Part shown: positions 35,484 to 44,987 of the stretch, piece by piece
Layout: each line of letters starts with the position of its first letter
How positions within the stretch are numbered: position 1 is the first letter of the stretch
NCBI GenBank assembly: GCA_963667445.2
Contig: CAXXGY010000003.1
Span: 7,183 to 71,182, forward strand
DNA: 64,000 nucleotides
Direction: 5' to 3'
From: Dehalococcoidia bacterium
GTDB lineage: Bacteria > Chloroflexota > Dehalococcoidia > Lucifugimonadales > CATOSD01
Notes under the pieces: model-generated
The model's database searches: none
The model's input: only the letters and a program-made list of their open reading frames with translations
What the model was told of the DNA's origin: nothing
Made by a program: the position numbers and the translations under genes

Positions 35484-36721
35484 TGCGCCACCGCCGCTTC
35501 GCCCGCGCCCGTCAGCGCCTCGACCACGCTCTCCAGGTTGTACGCGAACCCCATGGCAGGCACGTCCTCGCCGCCCAGCGCCCTCACCAGCCCGTCGTAG
35601 CGGCCGCCGCCGCCCAGGGACGGGCCGCCCTCCGGTCCCGCGTATATCTCGAAGATAGCGCCGGTGTAGTAGGCGATCCCTCTGGCAAGGCCGACGTCCA
35701 GCGACACGGCGTCCTCCGGCACGCCGCGCTCGCCAAGCGCGTCCAGCAGCCGCGCCAGTTCGCCATACGCACCGCACCGCACCGCCGCGCCGCCCGCGGT
35801 CTCACCGAGCGCCGCAAGCGCGGTTCCCGGCGGGCCTTCGACTCGCGCCAGTTCGTCCACCATATCGAGCGCCGCCTCGAACACCGCCGGATCGTGGGCG
35901 CGGCGCATCTTGCGAAGCAGCCGCGACGCTATCTGCTCCGGCGTCCGTTGCCCCATCCTGGACGCGCCCGGCTCCGCGACCACGCGGCGGACTACCTCTT
36001 GGGCGGCTTGCAGGTCCATCGAGCCGGTTCCCCCGCCGATGCCGTCCTCGGCCCGGTCCCTCAGTAGGCCGGCGTCCTCGGCGCGTCGCTTCAGCCCTTC
36101 GACGTCGGTCTCGCCCTCCTTCAGCGGGCGCAGGTTTCCCACAATGAACAGCCTGGCCGCCTCAGACAGGTCGTGCTCCGCAAGCAGTGCGTTGACGGCG
36201 CCCAGGTGTCCGATTCGCAGCGTGCACCGCGCCAGGCCCGCGCGGGCAAGTCCGCTCCAGGCCAGGTGGATGATCTCGGCGTCCGCTTCCACGCCTCCCG
36301 CTCCCACCAGCTCCGCGCCAAGCTGAGTGAACTGCCGCAGCGAGCCTTCGCCGCCGTCCGTTTCGTACCGGAACACGGGGCCTCCGTACTGCCACCGTAC
36401 CGGCGTCTCCAGACTGTCCGCCACCTCGACGTAGTGGCGAATCACCGAGGACGTGAACTCCGGACGCAGGCTTACGGCGTTGCCTCCGGGGTCCTGAAAC
36501 GTGTACAGGCTGTTGACCAGGTCGCCGCCCGATTTTCGGACGAACAATTCCGTCTGCTCCAGCAGCGGCGTGTGAATAGACTGGTAGCCCCGCTGCTCGA
36601 AATAGGTCTCGGTGGACGACGCCAGCGCGCTCATGCTATCGCGCTGCTCGGCGGACACGTCGCGCATTCCGGGCAGCCTGCCTATCGTTCGTCTGGTCAA
36701 AAATAGCTCCTGCTTCGGCAA
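35480..36721 (-). CDS. hisZ: ATP phosphoribosyltransferase regulatory subunit (HisRS paralogue lacking the anticodon-binding domain)
   Basis: 413 aa. GMRD, FRYE...LRQFTQLGAE and GGGGRYDGL motifs. The protein ends about 25 residues after GFAYNLES, so there is no anticodon-binding domain. Confidence 0.8.
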   Translation of the reverse strand: MPKQELFLTRRTIGRLPGMRDVSAEQRDSMSALASSTETYFEQRGYQSIHTPLLEQTELFVRKSGGDLVNSLYTFQDPGGNAVSLRPEFTSSVIRHYVEVADSLETPVRWQYGGPVFRYETDGGEGSLRQFTQLGAELVGAGGVEADAEIIHLAWSGLARAGLARCTLRIGHLGAVNALLAEHDLSEAARLFIVGNLRPLKEGETDVEGLKRRAEDAGLLRDRAEDGIGGGTGSMDLQAAQEVVRRVVAEPGASRMGQRTPEQIASRLLRKMRRAHDPAVFEAALDMVDELARVEGPPGTALAALGETAGGAAVRCGAYGELARLLDALGERGVPEDAVSLDVGLARGIAYYTGAIFEIYAGPEGGPSLGGGGRYDGLVRALGGEDVPAMGFAYNLESVVEALTGAGEAAVAQ

Positions 36722-36778
36722 GGTCGCAGAAAGTATAACGCGAAGGCTTGTGCCAATGAAAGTGCGGCGCGGTTTGAC

Positions 36779-37654
36779 TTGGCGGCGGCCCGCAATTTAG
36801 CATTGGCGGTGGCTTTCGGGCCTCCCCGAATAGCCCAGTCCCCCAGGCGAGGTAGTAGCAGCTTGGCGCAACCACCCCCACACGGCGCGGCGCACACGGA
36901 GGGGCATGTTGCCGTCGTGGTGCCCACGTACAACGAGGCCGAAAACCTCCCCGAGCTGTTCGCCCGGCTGTCCTCGCTCGGCGTCCCCGGACTGCGCCTC
37001 ATCATCGTGGACGACGGCTCGCCGGACGGCACGGCGGACCTCGCTTCCAACCTCGAAAGCGAGTTCGCCGGCAGCGTCGAGGTGGTGCGGCGCAGCAGCA
37101 AGCAGGGCCTCGGCACCGCCTACGTCGATGGTTTCCGCCGCGCGCTGGCGTCGGACGCCGACCGGGTGGTGCAGATGGACGCCGACCTCTCCCACTCCCC
37201 CGAGTACCTCCCGGCCATGCTGAACGCCCTCGGCGACGCCGACGTCGTGGTCGGCTCCCGCTACGCGAAGGGCGGCGGCGTGGACGACTCGTGGGGCCTG
37301 TCCCGACGGCTGCTCAGCTCGCTGGGCAACCTCGGCATAAGGCTGGTGGGCGGGCTGTCGGTGCGCGACGCGACTTCCGGCTTCAAGGCGTTTCGCGCCT
37401 CCGCGCTCTCCCGGCTGGACATGAGCGAGTTCCGCTGCGCCGGCTTCGGTTTCCAGGCGGAGGTGGCCCACTCGTGCCAGCGGCTGGGACTCCGTGTCGT
37501 CGAGCAGCCCATCCTGTTCGTTGACCGGACGAAGGGCCGCTCCAAGATGAGCGCGTTCATCGTACTGGAGGCCATCTGGCGGCTGCTGCCCTACCGCTTC
37601 AGGCGGTCGCAGTCCCACCGGCGCTTGACCCGCGCGTCCGCCGATGACGACTGA
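36779..37654 (+). CDS. GT2 glycosyltransferase, polyprenol-phosphate mannose/glucose synthase-like
   Basis: VVVPTYNEAENL ... IIVDDGSPDGT ... VQMDADLSH. The start codon is uncertain (TTG at 36779). Confidence 0.8.
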   Translation: MAAARNLALAVAFGPPRIAQSPRRGSSSLAQPPPHGAAHTEGHVAVVVPTYNEAENLPELFARLSSLGVPGLRLIIVDDGSPDGTADLASNLESEFAGSVEVVRRSSKQGLGTAYVDGFRRALASDADRVVQMDADLSHSPEYLPAMLNALGDADVVVGSRYAKGGGVDDSWGLSRRLLSSLGNLGIRLVGGLSVRDATSGFKAFRASALSRLDMSEFRCAGFGFQAEVAHSCQRLGLRVVEQPILFVDRTKGRSKMSAFIVLEAIWRLLPYRFRRSQSHRRLTRASADDD

Positions 37655-38546
37655 CCCACCCGGCCCCGGCCGGGTGTCGCTGGTCGTCGACAGCGCGGCC
37701 ACGCTGCCCTCGGACGCGCTCGCCAGCCCGCAGCTCCACGTCGCGCCCATGAGCCTCACGCTCGCCGGTCGCACCTACCAGGACGGCGTGGACATTTCGC
37801 CGTCCGAGTTCTACCGGATGCTCAGGGCCGCACCCTCCCCGCCGACCACGTCCGCGCCATCACCCGCCACGTTTCTCGACGCCTACCGCCGCGCGGCGCG
37901 CGAATCGTCCTCTATCCTCTGCCTGACGGTCGCTTCCAGGGTCAGCGCATCCTTCGACTCGGCCACCGTGGCGGCGGGCCAGGCGGCGGACGTCCTGCCG
38001 GGCGTCGAGGTTCGCGTGCTGGACTCCGAGAGCGCGGCCGGCGGCCAGGGACTCGTCGCGCTGGAGGCGCTGCGGCTCGCGTGCGCGGACGCCACGCTCG
38101 ACGACGTGGCGTCCGCCGCGTGGCGGGCCATTGAGCGGGTTCGCCTGCTCGCCTTCCCCGACACGCTCTACTACCTGTGGAAGAGTGGGCGCGTGCCCGG
38201 CATCGCGCACCTGGGATCCGCGCTACTCGGCGTAAAGCCCGTGTTCGAGCTGTACCGCGGCGCCGTGAGCACGCTGGCCCGACCTCGCACGCGCAGGCGC
38301 GCAATGCGCAGGCTGGTGGAGTTGATGCGTGAGCACGTCGGCGAAGCCCCGATTAGCGCCTGCGTCATGCACGCCGACGCCGAGGACGCGGCCCTGGATC
38401 TGCGCGCCGCAGTGGAGGCCGCGTTCGAGTGCGAGCACACCTTCGTGGCCCAGTTCACCCCCGTGATGGGAGCGCACATCGGCCCGGGCCTATTGGGAGT
38501 CGCCTTCCTGACCTTCCCTTCCTCCTCGCAGGGGGAAAGTTCCTGA
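37644..38546 (+). CDS. DegV family fatty-acid-binding protein
   Basis: 300 aa. VVDSAATLP ... TSAPSP ... HIGPGLLGVAF. The last 13 codons and the stop are supplied by a degenerate REP hairpin. Confidence 0.8.
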   Translation: MTTDPPGPGRVSLVVDSAATLPSDALASPQLHVAPMSLTLAGRTYQDGVDISPSEFYRMLRAAPSPPTTSAPSPATFLDAYRRAARESSSILCLTVASRVSASFDSATVAAGQAADVLPGVEVRVLDSESAAGGQGLVALEALRLACADATLDDVASAAWRAIERVRLLAFPDTLYYLWKSGRVPGIAHLGSALLGVKPVFELYRGAVSTLARPRTRRRAMRRLVELMREHVGEAPISACVMHADAEDAALDLRAAVEAAFECEHTFVAQFTPVMGAHIGPGLLGVAFLTFPSSSQGESS

Positions 38547-38550
38547 CAGC

Positions 38551-38588
38551 CCCCTCTCCCAAGACTGGGAGAGGGTTAGGGTGAGGGT
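38551..38588 (+). repeat. REP-V element
   Basis: CCCCTCTCCCAAGACTGGGAGAGGGTTAGGGTGAGGGT. Confidence 0.8.
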
Positions 38589-38639
38589 TGATAGCGCACA
38601 ACTCATCAAGCCTGAACAGTTACAGAAAAGGCTGTCGCC

Positions 38640-40103
38640 CTACGCCCACGCCGCCAGCCCGTCGTTGCGCACCAGGTTCATGCGCGGCAGCAGTATGCCG
38701 GTCGCCTTGCCGCCGCCGTCCCCGAATTGTAGCGCCAGCCCCGGCGGCTCCGGCGCGCCGGTATCCAGCCGGAAGAACCCGGGGTCGTTCGCGTCCGGCT
38801 GGTACAGCCGCACCCCCTCGCGCCATGCGCCACGCCGGGAGCGCAGCTCCAGTCCCCCGTCCCTCTCGGTTATCTGGATGCGCCCCACGCCCCGGATGAT
38901 CCGGTAGCTGGTCAGGAAACCCGCGGGCGGCTCGTACACGCCCACCGCCGCGGCAGCCGCTTCCGCCGATATAGGCGCACCGCTGGTGTCCGGGTCCGGC
39001 GCGTTCAGCACCGACTGGATTACCTTCGAGAAGATGGCGTCAGACCGGTCGAAGCTGATGTTCAGATGCGTCAGCACGGCCAGATTCTCGGACGGGAACA
39101 CGTCGATGTGCGTGTTCCACCCGCCGGAGATTCCGCCCCCGTGGCCGAAACTGCGCCTGCCGAACCGCTCCACGCGCATGAGCGTGAGACCCAGACTCAG
39201 CAGCCGCTCGTCCGGGCACCACTGCGGCGACGTCATCTCGTCGAACGTTTCGGGGCGAACGATACCCTTGCTCTTCGCCAGCAGCGCCGAGGCGTACCGC
39301 GCCATGTCCGGAATCGTGGACTGTACCGCGCCCGCCGCCCGCGTCGCCACGTACACGTAGTCGCCGCGTATGTTGTGCCCGTCCACGCTGGCCTTGTCCG
39401 GCGCGTCCACCCCCAGGATCGACATCGCGTCCAGGTCGTCGTGGTCCGGCGCGTGGTGATACCCCGTCGTCAGGTCCGCGCGCTGCTGGTCCCAGCAGTC
39501 GCTGTTCGACATTCCAAGCGGCCCGAACACCCGCCGCTCCAGCACCTCCTCGATGCGCCGCCCCTCCGTCCTGGCGATGATCTCGCCCAGCAGGCAGAAG
39601 GCGTGGTTCGCGTAGGCCCACTTCGTATCCACCGGAACCTCGATGTCGATGCCGTCCGGGTACATCCGGTTCACCGGCGTCGGCGTCGCGCTGTCCGACC
39701 ACAGCTTGCCCAGGGCGTTGCGGTAGTCCCCCATCGTCGGCGCTTCGCCGATGCCGTTCGTGTGCGTCATCAGGTGGCGCACCCGCAGCGTCTCACCCGG
39801 CCCATTGAACCGGATGTCGGGCAGCCGGTCCACCACCCGCTCGTCCAGGCTCAGCCTGCCCTCGTCCACCAGCGCCATGGCGCACAGCCCCACCATCGTC
39901 TTCGTGATAGAGCCGATGCGCTGCCGCAGCTCCGGCGCCTGCCGCCTGCCGGACTCGATGTCCGCGTACCCGAAGCCCTGCGAATAGACCAGCGCGTCCC
40001 CGCACACGACGCCTATCGACATGCCCGGCACGTGGTACTCGTCCACCAGCGCCGCCGCCGTCGCCCGAACGCGGTCGATGTCCGCCGAAGTAAATGTCGC
40101 CAT
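38640..40103 (-). CDS. Serine hydrolase, beta-lactamase/transpeptidase-like family
   Basis: 487 aa. SITK nucleophile motif (IGSITKTMVG) about 70 residues from the N-terminus, and YANHAF. Confidence 0.8.
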   Translation of the reverse strand: MATFTSADIDRVRATAAALVDEYHVPGMSIGVVCGDALVYSQGFGYADIESGRRQAPELRQRIGSITKTMVGLCAMALVDEGRLSLDERVVDRLPDIRFNGPGETLRVRHLMTHTNGIGEAPTMGDYRNALGKLWSDSATPTPVNRMYPDGIDIEVPVDTKWAYANHAFCLLGEIIARTEGRRIEEVLERRVFGPLGMSNSDCWDQQRADLTTGYHHAPDHDDLDAMSILGVDAPDKASVDGHNIRGDYVYVATRAAGAVQSTIPDMARYASALLAKSKGIVRPETFDEMTSPQWCPDERLLSLGLTLMRVERFGRRSFGHGGGISGGWNTHIDVFPSENLAVLTHLNISFDRSDAIFSKVIQSVLNAPDPDTSGAPISAEAAAAAVGVYEPPAGFLTSYRIIRGVGRIQITERDGGLELRSRRGAWREGVRLYQPDANDPGFFRLDTGAPEPPGLALQFGDGGGKATGILLPRMNLVRNDGLAAWA

Positions 40104-40141
40104 AGCCAGATGCTCCCGATGCCCTCAGGCGCTACCGAATT

Positions 40142-40205
40142 GTCCCTTCCCCCTCGCAGGGGGAAGGTTAGAATCTGCCCCGTACTCGATACGGGGATGG
40201 GGGTG
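40142..40205 (+). repeat. REP-A composite (hairpin + CTGCCCCGTACTCGATACGGGG module + tail)
   Basis: GTCCCTTCCCCCTCGCAGGGGGAAGGTTAGAATCTGCCCCGTACTCGATACGGGGATGGGGGTG. Confidence 0.9.
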
Positions 40206-40238
40206 CGTCCCTTTGCGTTTTGGTTAGCTGCCCCGCAG

Positions 40239-40661
40239 CTACGCTGGCTCGAACATCGGCAGCGAAATCTCGCCCTCCCCCTGGTCCTCCCAGCGCAGCT
40301 TCACTCGCATCCCGCACTGCACGTCGTTCACCGGGTCTTCGACCCCCACGATGTTCGTCATGATGCGGAACCCCTCGTCCAGGTCCACGTAGGCCACCGC
40401 GTAGGCGCCCAGGTCCTTGAACGCGGGGTGCCGGCTCTGCATCACCACGCTGTACGTGTACACCGTGCCCTCGCCCTTGGACACCCTCCATTCGTTGTTG
40501 TCCGAGCCGCACTCCGTGCAGTGCCGGCGCGGGAAGAAGATTACCGTCGGGCAGTCGTTGCAGAACTGGTAGGTCAACTCATGGCTCTTGGTCGCCTCCC
40601 AGAACGGCTCCGTGTCCGGCTCCGGAAAGCGGGGCTGCGGCCTCAAAGGTGTGCTGGTCAT
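40239..40661 (-). CDS. Zn-ribbon/OB-fold protein (DUF35 family), thiolase partner
   Basis: 140 aa. CNDCPTVIFFPRRHCTECGS rubredoxin-like knuckle followed by an OB-fold-like segment. Confidence 0.8.
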   Translation of the reverse strand: MTSTPLRPQPRFPEPDTEPFWEATKSHELTYQFCNDCPTVIFFPRRHCTECGSDNNEWRVSKGEGTVYTYSVVMQSRHPAFKDLGAYAVAYVDLDEGFRIMTNIVGVEDPVNDVQCGMRVKLRWEDQGEGEISLPMFEPA

Positions 40662-40686
40662 TATCGTCGCTCCTCGTACTCAGATT

Positions 40687-40726
40687 GTCCCTTCTCCCTC
40701 GCAGGGGGAAGGTTAGGATGGGGGTG
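40687..40726 (+). repeat. REP-A element
   Basis: GTCCCTTCTCCCTCGCAGGGGGAAGGTTAGGATGGGGGTG. Confidence 0.9.
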
Positions 40727-40734
40727 CGCCCCCT

Positions 40735-41928
40735 CTAGTCCGCCGCCAGTATCGTCACGCCCGTCGCGTGCCGCGAACCCAACTGCCCCCCGTTGCCCAC
40801 CGCCACCGCCAGCTTGGGGTCGTCCACCTGCGAAGTGGACTCGCCGCGTAGCTGCCGCGTCGCCTCCAGCAGCAGGAAGATGCCCCGCTCGCCCGGATGG
40901 TTCGAGGACAGCCCGCCGCCGTCCGTGTTCATCGCCGGCTTGCCCGGCGCGTCGAACGCCAGGTGCAGGTCCTCCACGTATGCGCCACCCTCCCCCTTCG
41001 TGCAGAAGCCCAGGTCCTCGATCATGCACATCACCGTGATCGAGAACGAGTCGTAGGCCATCAGCACGTCGATCTCGGCCGGCGTAACCCCCGCCTCGCC
41101 GAACGCCACCGGCGCCGCCTGCGCGCCCGCGCTCACGGTGATGTCGCCACCGTTCTCGGTGTACTTGGTCGCCTCGCCCGTGCCGATTATCCACACCGGC
41201 TTCTTGCGCGTGTCCCGCACCACGTCAGGGGACGCTATCACCACCGCGCCGCCGCCGTCGGACACCATGCAGCACTCCAGCAGGTGCAGCGGATGGGCTA
41301 TCATCCGCGAGTCGAGCACGTCCTGCACCGTTATCTCGCGCACGCCCACGAACTCAAGGTCTGTCATGGCCTTCACCGCCTCCGGGTTGCGCATCGCGTG
41401 CTTGCGCGTCGTCACCGAGATGGCCGCGAACTGCTCGTCCGTCGTGCCGTACTGGTACATGTGCCGCTGCTTGACCATGGCGTAGTTGCTGATGAGCGTC
41501 AGCCCCCACGGGTCTTCCATGTTGTTGAGCGGGTTCGCCGGCCCCTGCCCCGTCGCGCCCGCGGTGCCGATGGCGCGGCGGTCTGCGTGCGCGGTGGAGC
41601 CGTAGGTGAGCAGCGCCACCTTGCACTTGCCCGCGGCGATCATCTCCCGCGCGTGGTTGGCCTGGAACTCGTAGGACGAGCCGCCCACCGCGGTGTTGTC
41701 GATGACGTTGGGCTTCAGTCCCAGGTACTCGGAGATTCCGAGGCCGCCGATACCCTGGTGGCTGCCGTTGTCGTAGATGGCGTCCACGTCCTTCCAAGAC
41801 AGGCCCGCGTCCTCCAGCGCCTTCGCGGCGGACGACGCCTTTATCTGGAGCGCGCTGGTCCCCCCGCCCGTAACCCTGAGGGGGTACTCGTGAATGCCGA
41901 CGATGGCTGCGTCTCTGCTTCCGGCCAT
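40735..41928 (-). CDS. Thiolase-like (SCP-x/lipid-transfer type) protein
   Basis: 397 aa. Thiolase-fold pattern with a C-terminal GNGGQLG. It pairs with the DUF35 gene as usual. Confidence 0.8.
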   Translation of the reverse strand: MAGSRDAAIVGIHEYPLRVTGGGTSALQIKASSAAKALEDAGLSWKDVDAIYDNGSHQGIGGLGISEYLGLKPNVIDNTAVGGSSYEFQANHAREMIAAGKCKVALLTYGSTAHADRRAIGTAGATGQGPANPLNNMEDPWGLTLISNYAMVKQRHMYQYGTTDEQFAAISVTTRKHAMRNPEAVKAMTDLEFVGVREITVQDVLDSRMIAHPLHLLECCMVSDGGGAVVIASPDVVRDTRKKPVWIIGTGEATKYTENGGDITVSAGAQAAPVAFGEAGVTPAEIDVLMAYDSFSITVMCMIEDLGFCTKGEGGAYVEDLHLAFDAPGKPAMNTDGGGLSSNHPGERGIFLLLEATRQLRGESTSQVDDPKLAVAVGNGGQLGSRHATGVTILAAD

Positions 41929-42016
41929 AAGCTGCTCCTTTCGAGCTCAAATGGGAAATCTCAAATGCGCCGAAAACGTAGCACACGCCAGCACCCTAGT
42001 CAACGCGCTACCTAAA

Positions 42017-42056
42017 GTCCCTTCCCCCTTGATAGGGGAAGGTTAGGATGGGGGTG
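42017..42056 (+). repeat. REP-A element
   Basis: GTCCCTTCCCCCTTGATAGGGGAAGGTTAGGATGGGGGTG. Confidence 0.9.
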
Positions 42057-42083
42057 CCGTTTCAGGCACGAGCCTTCCTAATT

Positions 42084-42147
42084 GTCCCTTCCCCCTCGCA
42101 GGGGGAAGAGCCTGCCCTGAGCTTGCCGAAGGGATAGGATGGGGGTG
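42084..42147 (+). repeat. REP-A composite
   Basis: GTCCCTTCCCCCTCGCAGGGGGAAGAGCCTGCCCTGAGCTTGCCGAAGGGATAGGATGGGGGTG. Confidence 0.9.
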
Positions 42148-42176
42148 CCGCCATAGCCATGTCGCCGCCACCCATG

Positions 42177-44003
42177 TCAAACCGATTTCAGGTTTTCAAA
42201 CCAACCTTCCACGAAGTCCGGCATTGTCCCTAGCTCTTCCAGTTGCTCGAGCGCTTCCGCAACATGGCCGTGAGGTATTTCGTCAAAGATTTGCGGAGTG
42301 GGGACAAGGGCCTTGTTCAAGTCGTTCGGTTCGAACTTGTTCAAAGCGTCGCCGTATCTTCTCATCGACAGTGATGTGATCTCCCGCCCTGTTGCAGAAT
42401 GGAGATACAAGAAGAGGTGGTCAATGTACTTCTCTCCCCAGATATTGGGCTGAAACCCGTGAAAGCAAGTCAGGTTCAAGACATTCGCCTTGTTTCGCAC
42501 TACCTTGTAGCCCCCTCTTGAAAACACTCCCAAGAGTATCGGCGACGGACTTCGTTTCTCCATCTTGTACCAGGGTTTGCGATTTCTGGTAATGAAGCCC
42601 CTGTTGAAGCCCTTCAGTTCTCCATATCGGATGTACTCACCGGCGTTGTCCGATACTTGCCCCTCTACGTTCAAAAGCAGTACAGGCTCGTCGTGCTTCA
42701 CGAGTTCGTCGTAGTCTCTGGCAGTGAACACAGGCGCGTTGACCTGTGCGCTCTTGGTGATGCTGTGGACGACCTCCGATGCCGTTATCCCCAAGTCCCT
42801 CACTCTGGACGGCTTTAGCGCAAAGAACTTGTTCGCCCCGGTCGCTATGCCCCTGCTGAATCGCCCATAGTGCGACAATGGGACGGTTCTGGCTTTGTCG
42901 ACGGCTATTGGGCTGTCGTCGAAGTAAAGCAGCCAGTTGTCTTCTGGAATAAGTTGAACTTGAGGAACTTCGGCAGTCGGTTCACTGCCCAAAATCGCCC
43001 CTAACGATTCGATAGATTGAGCCTTGAAAAATCGAACGCGCGAAAATCTTCGCGCTGAGTCGTATAGAACAATGCCAACAGAAGTCGTTGCGTCAGGGAA
43101 AATATCTCGCTCACAGTCGAGGCTGATAATCGCTGCCAGATGATCGTCGGCAATCAAGTTCTGTTTAACCACTTTCCCATAGCCGGTGTTCAGGAATTCG
43201 AGCGGCATGATGTACGCCAACCTGCCGCGCGGTTGCAACTCGCACAAAGACTTGAGCAAGAAAGCGGAAGCAGTGTTCGTGTAGCCCGGCAATCGCACGT
43301 TAAGATTCGCTTCAAACTCTTGGAATACTTCCTTTCTGTTCAGAAACTTCTGAAACCTCATATACGGAGGATTGCAGACGATGTTCCCGTACTTGCGCCC
43401 CCAGGAAAGCAAGTAGTCTTCCTGACGGACTGAAATCGCGGATACGTCGGGGGATGCTCCACGTTTCCAGTAGTCCAAAATCTTGGAATCTACCTCGCTC
43501 CCCGTGAAGGCATCTCGCGCTTCCACCGGCGCGGCATCCAGGAACGCCCCCAGTCCAAAGCCGGGGTCATGTATGCCGTCAACGCCTGACCGCAGGACCC
43601 AACCAACCATGAAGTTCGCCACCTGTGGGGGTGTGAAGAACTGCCCCATAGCCTTGCGATGGGCATCCCCCGCCGAATCCAGGTAAGCCGTTACATTAGG
43701 CTCCATCCACAATCTCCTGATAGAAGACATCTGCGTCAAGATAACCCTTGCCGCGAAGCTCAATTCCCTGAAAGTATCGACGGATGCCCCCTCTATCATC
43801 CTGTAAAGCTCGGGACGTTTATCCATTAGGACGTTTGAGTAGGGCGCTCGCAGAATGAGTTGCTGAAGTCTCAAGCACTCGCTTTCTGCGTTACGAGTTC
43901 TTGTATCCATGAACTCGGCGTATTTCAACGATCGGAAGCTGCTTGACCGAACTTCTATGGCCGCAACAGCATTGCTCACTAGCCCACGCCCGGCGCGGCG
44001 CAC
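42177..44003 (-). CDS. N6-adenine DNA methyltransferase (gamma-class, Eco57I/TaqI-like) with C-terminal target-recognition domain; no cognate nuclease adjacent
   Basis: GQFFTPPQVANFMV, DPGFGLGAFL (motif I) and NIVCNPPYMRF (motif IV). GC is clearly lower than in the flanks. The probable start is ATG 43908-43910 (MDTRTRN). Confidence 0.8.
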   Translation of the reverse strand: MRRAGRGLVSNAVAAIEVRSSSFRSLKYAEFMDTRTRNAESECLRLQQLILRAPYSNVLMDKRPELYRMIEGASVDTFRELSFAARVILTQMSSIRRLWMEPNVTAYLDSAGDAHRKAMGQFFTPPQVANFMVGWVLRSGVDGIHDPGFGLGAFLDAAPVEARDAFTGSEVDSKILDYWKRGASPDVSAISVRQEDYLLSWGRKYGNIVCNPPYMRFQKFLNRKEVFQEFEANLNVRLPGYTNTASAFLLKSLCELQPRGRLAYIMPLEFLNTGYGKVVKQNLIADDHLAAIISLDCERDIFPDATTSVGIVLYDSARRFSRVRFFKAQSIESLGAILGSEPTAEVPQVQLIPEDNWLLYFDDSPIAVDKARTVPLSHYGRFSRGIATGANKFFALKPSRVRDLGITASEVVHSITKSAQVNAPVFTARDYDELVKHDEPVLLLNVEGQVSDNAGEYIRYGELKGFNRGFITRNRKPWYKMEKRSPSPILLGVFSRGGYKVVRNKANVLNLTCFHGFQPNIWGEKYIDHLFLYLHSATGREITSLSMRRYGDALNKFEPNDLNKALVPTPQIFDEIPHGHVAEALEQLEELGTMPDFVEGWFENLKSV

Positions 44004-44231
44004 GCACGTCGGTTGAGAGATAGTTTAGCACAACGCGGAACAGGTGTGCTAGATGGCGATTCCTCCGCCCCACACCCACCCAACCCATACCTACCACTGC
44101 CACTCCCCATCCCTACACCGCGCGCGCCAAAACCCACACCCATTCCGCCCCACCCCCAACGCCCGCGCAGCAGCGCGCGCCAGCCCTATCCCACGCTCGC
44201 TTATCCATTGCCATTAGCACTACTCTGGCGT

Positions 44232-44531
44232 ATGGTGCAGGCACTAGCTGCACTGGGCCATAGGGGGGCGATTATCTTGTTCGAATCCACAGTAGCCGCC
44301 AACGGCCAAACCACGCTGCCCAAGGCTGTCAGGGACTCGCTGGCAATAAAGGCGGGAGATAGGGTTCGCTACGTCATCGTGGACGAGGGCGTGCTGATAA
44401 TGCCGGTACGGCCCACCAGCCGTCTGTTCCGTAGCCTGAAGTACGACGGACCTACCGTGAGCTTGGAAGAGATGGACAGGGCTCCCGCAGAAGGGACAAT
44501 TGAAAGATGGAAGCACTCGACGCAAACGTAG
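44232..44531 (+). CDS. vapB: AbrB/SpoVT-fold antitoxin (VapB-like)
   Basis: LFESTVAANGQTTLPKAVRDSLAIKAGDRVRYVIVDEGVLIMP is a swapped-hairpin AbrB pattern. It overlaps the PIN gene by 25 nt. The start is uncertain (ATG 44232 or TTG near 44278). Confidence 0.7.
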   Translation: MVQALAALGHRGAIILFESTVAANGQTTLPKAVRDSLAIKAGDRVRYVIVDEGVLIMPVRPTSRLFRSLKYDGPTVSLEEMDRAPAEGTIERWKHSTQT

Positions 44532-44935
44532 TCCTGCGGTATATCGTCGGCGACAACTCTGAACGAGAGACTGCGGCCCGCGCCTTGCTGGATAGATTTA
44601 CGCCTGACGATCCGGGCTTCATCTGCCGGGAGGTTGTTATCGAGGTGGCCTGGGTGCTGGAGACGAGTTACCGCTTAACGCGAGCGCGAGTCGCTGAGGC
44701 ATTGATGGACTTGACGGCTTCGGACAGCCTCGTGGTGGAGAATTCGAATGACGTGGCCGCTGCCGCGTACCGCTACCGCCAAGGAGGCATCGGCCTGTCC
44801 GACCTCATGATACTTTCGGCAGCTAAGCGGGAGGGAGCGATACCACTCCAAACTTTCGACCCCCGGCTTGCCCGGATGGATGGAGCGATCCTGGTTTCGT
44901 CCCAGCCCCAACCACCGAGCAGTAGCACGCGATAA
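44507..44935 (+). CDS. vapC: PIN-domain ribonuclease toxin
   Basis: 142 aa. LDANVVLRY (first acidic residue), EVAWVLE, LSDLMILSAA, QTFD. Confidence 0.8.
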   Translation: MEALDANVVLRYIVGDNSERETAARALLDRFTPDDPGFICREVVIEVAWVLETSYRLTRARVAEALMDLTASDSLVVENSNDVAAAAYRYRQGGIGLSDLMILSAAKREGAIPLQTFDPRLARMDGAILVSSQPQPPSSSTR

Positions 44936-44987
44936 CCCTGCGGCGGCTCACGGCCCCGCATTGACGGCCCCCGCCCTTTCGCCTACC

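Noticed and set aside
44013-44231. Pro-rich N-terminal extension of the AbrB-type antitoxin ORF (PHPPNPYLPLPLPIPTPRAPKPTPIPP...).
   Set aside because: It is simply the translation of the C/A-rich, G-poor spacer. The antitoxin domain starts after ATG 44232 (or a later TTG).
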